A model generated the notes under the pieces. The model saw only the letters and a program-made list of their open reading frames with translations, made no database searches and was not told the origin of the DNA. A program made the position numbers and the translations under genes. From assembly GCA_038240025.1 (NCBI GenBank), contig JBBSED010000005.1:95134-159133 (forward strand): a stretch of DNA of 64,000 nucleotides, in the 5' to 3' direction. Positions 61,791 through 64,000 of this stretch are shown here, piece after piece. Numbering within the stretch: the first letter of the stretch is position 1; the number at the start of each line of letters is the position of its first letter. This stretch comes from Chthoniobacterales bacterium (GTDB lineage: Bacteria; Verrucomicrobiota; Verrucomicrobiia; Chthoniobacterales; UBA10450).

Positions 61791-63445
61791 AGCTGGGCCA
61801 CGGCTTCGCGGAGTTCGTTTTGCGGAATTGGCTTGCTTAAGATGAGATCAACGCCCGCTGGCTTTTCCTTCGGATCCAGCTTCGGATCGGTGAAGCCGGT
61901 GAGCAGCAGGATCGGCTGGGACGCGCGCATAGCTTTGAGCGCCTCTGCTAATTGCGAGCCGTTCATGCCCGGCATGGCGTGATCGGTGATAACGAGGTCG
62001 AACTCGCTGGCTTCAAATCGCTCGACCGCTTCCTGGCCGCTCGCCGCAGTGACGACCTCATGGCCATCGGCGGCGAGATATTGCCGCACCACATCGCGCG
62101 GGACCGAGTCGTCATCGACCACGAGCACGCGCAGTGAGCAGGGTGCCGCGATCTCGCTCGCGACCGCGGGCGCGAACGTTTTTACCTGGCTCGGAAAGCT
62201 GATGCGAAAAGTGGTGCCGCACCCCGGCTCGCTCTCGATTTCCAACTCGGCATCGTGGCGCTGTATGACCCCGAACGTCGTCGAGAGCCCCAGACCGGTC
62301 CCGCGCTCGCCCTTCGTCGAGAAGAATGGCTCGAGGCAGCGGGTGCGCACCTCTTCCGTCATCCCCGTGCCGGTGTCGCTGATTTCAAAGCCGACCCGCT
62401 CCTGCAGGCGATAGCTCCGCAGGGTAATCGTCCCGCTGGCAGGCATGGCATCGACCGCGTTGAAGATCAGGTTCGTGAAGACCTCGCGCAGCTCCGCCGG
62501 ATTGCCCGGGATCGTCGGCACCTTTTCGAGATCCATCTCCACCGCGATCGTCCGGCCGGCGAGCAGCGCCTGGTCTTTCCATTTCGGCTGGGTGAGCGAA
62601 ACCGCCTGCTCTATCACCTGGTTGAGCGCGACCGATTCAAACACGTCCGTCTCTTCGCGCGGCCGGTAGAATTCACGCAGCCGCCCCACGACGTGCGCGG
62701 CGTCGCGGCCCGCCGTGTTCATCGTCTGGAGGTAACCGAGCACGGCTGGCTTGTCGTCCAGCATGGCCGGGTCATTCAGGAGCAGCTCGGTGTAACCGAC
62801 CACCGACATGAGCGCGTTATTGAAATCGTGCACCACGCCGCCGGCCATTTCGCCGAAGGCGCGGAGTCGTTCCTGCTGCACCATGCGGTGCTGGGTTTCC
62901 TTTAATTCTTCAAGCGCGCGCGAGAGCTCCTGCGTGCGCTCGGTCACCTTCTGGTCGAGGAGCTGGTTCTGGTTTTGCGCCGCGAGGTGAAGAAAGCGCG
63001 ACTGCAAAAGATTGCGGATGCGCATGAAAATCTCGGAGGCATCGAAGGGCTTATGCAGGAAATCCGTGGCGCCGGCGGCGAGCGCCTTGCGTTTGGTGGG
63101 CGGCGCAATGTCCGCGGTGAGGACGAGGATCGGCAGATAGCCATCACTTGGGATCACGCCCGCAAGTTGTTGCATGACCTGAAAGCCATCCAGGTGCGGC
63201 ATCATCAAATCGAGGATGATCAGGTCCGGCTTGAACTCCTCCAGGAGGGCCAAGGCTTCGCGCGAGTCGGTCGTGTGGCGCAGCGTGCTGTAGCCGATCC
63301 GGCCCAGCATATTGTTGAGCAGCGCGATGTTCGAGACGTTGTCGTCCACGATCAAAATGCGCGCCTCTTTCGGGTTCATCGTGATCATGAAAACGTCGCG
63401 TCGCCCCGGCCGCTTAGGCGCGCGCCGGGGTCTGGTCCAAAACAA
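61775..63445 (-). CDS. Hybrid sensor histidine kinase, tandem paralog of 60021..61790
   Basis: Same four-domain architecture, H-box GVVHDFNNAL. Confidence 0.75.
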   Translation of the reverse strand: MFWTRPRRAPKRPGRRDVFMITMNPKEARILIVDDNVSNIALLNNMLGRIGYSTLRHTTDSREALALLEEFKPDLIILDLMMPHLDGFQVMQQLAGVIPSDGYLPILVLTADIAPPTKRKALAAGATDFLHKPFDASEIFMRIRNLLQSRFLHLAAQNQNQLLDQKVTERTQELSRALEELKETQHRMVQQERLRAFGEMAGGVVHDFNNALMSVVGYTELLLNDPAMLDDKPAVLGYLQTMNTAGRDAAHVVGRLREFYRPREETDVFESVALNQVIEQAVSLTQPKWKDQALLAGRTIAVEMDLEKVPTIPGNPAELREVFTNLIFNAVDAMPASGTITLRSYRLQERVGFEISDTGTGMTEEVRTRCLEPFFSTKGERGTGLGLSTTFGVIQRHDAELEIESEPGCGTTFRISFPSQVKTFAPAVASEIAAPCSLRVLVVDDDSVPRDVVRQYLAADGHEVVTAASGQEAVERFEASEFDLVITDHAMPGMNGSQLAEALKAMRASQPILLLTGFTDPKLDPKEKPAGVDLILSKPIPQNELREAVAQLCSSA

Positions 63446-63806
63446 TTTCGATCGAGCTAACGAGCGCCGCGGTGTCGATCGGTTTGGGCAGGAAGAGATC
63501 CCCGCCTCGTTTGCTCAGCGCCTGCCCGCCTTCATTTTGCGAGAGAAGCGAAGTGAAGAAGATGATGTGCAAATCTCCGAGCGACGTATCGGCGCGAAGC
63601 TGTGCCGCGACGGCGCCGCCATCCATGCCTGGCATGTCGACATCGAGCAGCACCAGATGAGGTCGAAACTCGCGCGCGCAGGCCAGCGCCTGGCGGGAAC
63701 GATTTTCGACTCTCACCTCGTAGAGGCGTGTTTTTTCCAATGCGAGGCCGACGAGCCGCGAGAGCCCGATGTCGTCGTCCACAATTAAAATGCGAGGTAA
63801 GTCCAT
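63414..63806 (-). CDS. Single-domain response regulator (CheY-like receiver)
   Basis: ILIVDDD ... LVLLDVDMPGMDG ... LPKP. Confidence 0.75.
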   Translation of the reverse strand: MDLPRILIVDDDIGLSRLVGLALEKTRLYEVRVENRSRQALACAREFRPHLVLLDVDMPGMDGGAVAAQLRADTSLGDLHIIFFTSLLSQNEGGQALSKRGGDLFLPKPIDTAALVSSIEIVLDQTPARA

Positions 63807-64000
63807 AAGTTTAGGGTGCGTTCTGCGGGATCCTGGCCGGGGTCATGAATGTCGCCGATCGTCGAAGTGCTGGTGGTCGATCCCGCGATGGTCGCGATCG
63901 TTCTCGAAGGAATTATTTTGTTTCATGAGTCGTGAGGCTCGAGCACGGGAGGATGCACCACGGATCAGAGCTTGCTCCGTGCCAACAGCGCGGAGCGGGT

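Overview
The window is a high-GC (~62%) bacterial chromosomal segment, densely coding on both strands, with about 65 genes. The left third is a large phosphate-homeostasis neighbourhood, followed by a metal(loid)-resistance cassette, a Kir-type K+ channel, and an accessory locus of small double-glycine-leader peptides. The right half is largely housekeeping (liv operon, polyamine, thiamine, trehalose, purine and lipid genes, MnmG), then a 5' tRNA-like fragment and a tandem pair of hybrid histidine kinases with a response regulator. Notable rearrangements include a frameshifted Mrr-like nuclease, an AhpD-like gene with an in-frame stop, a four-helix-bundle gene inserted into the liv operon, and a diverged tandem duplication within the peptide locus. 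The most unusual signal is a hyper-abundant oriented 9-mer GCCTAACGA (reverse TCGTTAGGC): about 57 copies, roughly 40 times expectation. It is embedded in coding frames using rare TTA/CTA codons, overlaps many stop codons and two start codons, occurs as inverted and tandem pairs, and is nearly absent from the putative horizontally acquired segments. All coordinates derived from reading the sequence (motif copies, hairpins) are approximate to a few nucleotides; CDS boundaries follow the supplied ORF track.
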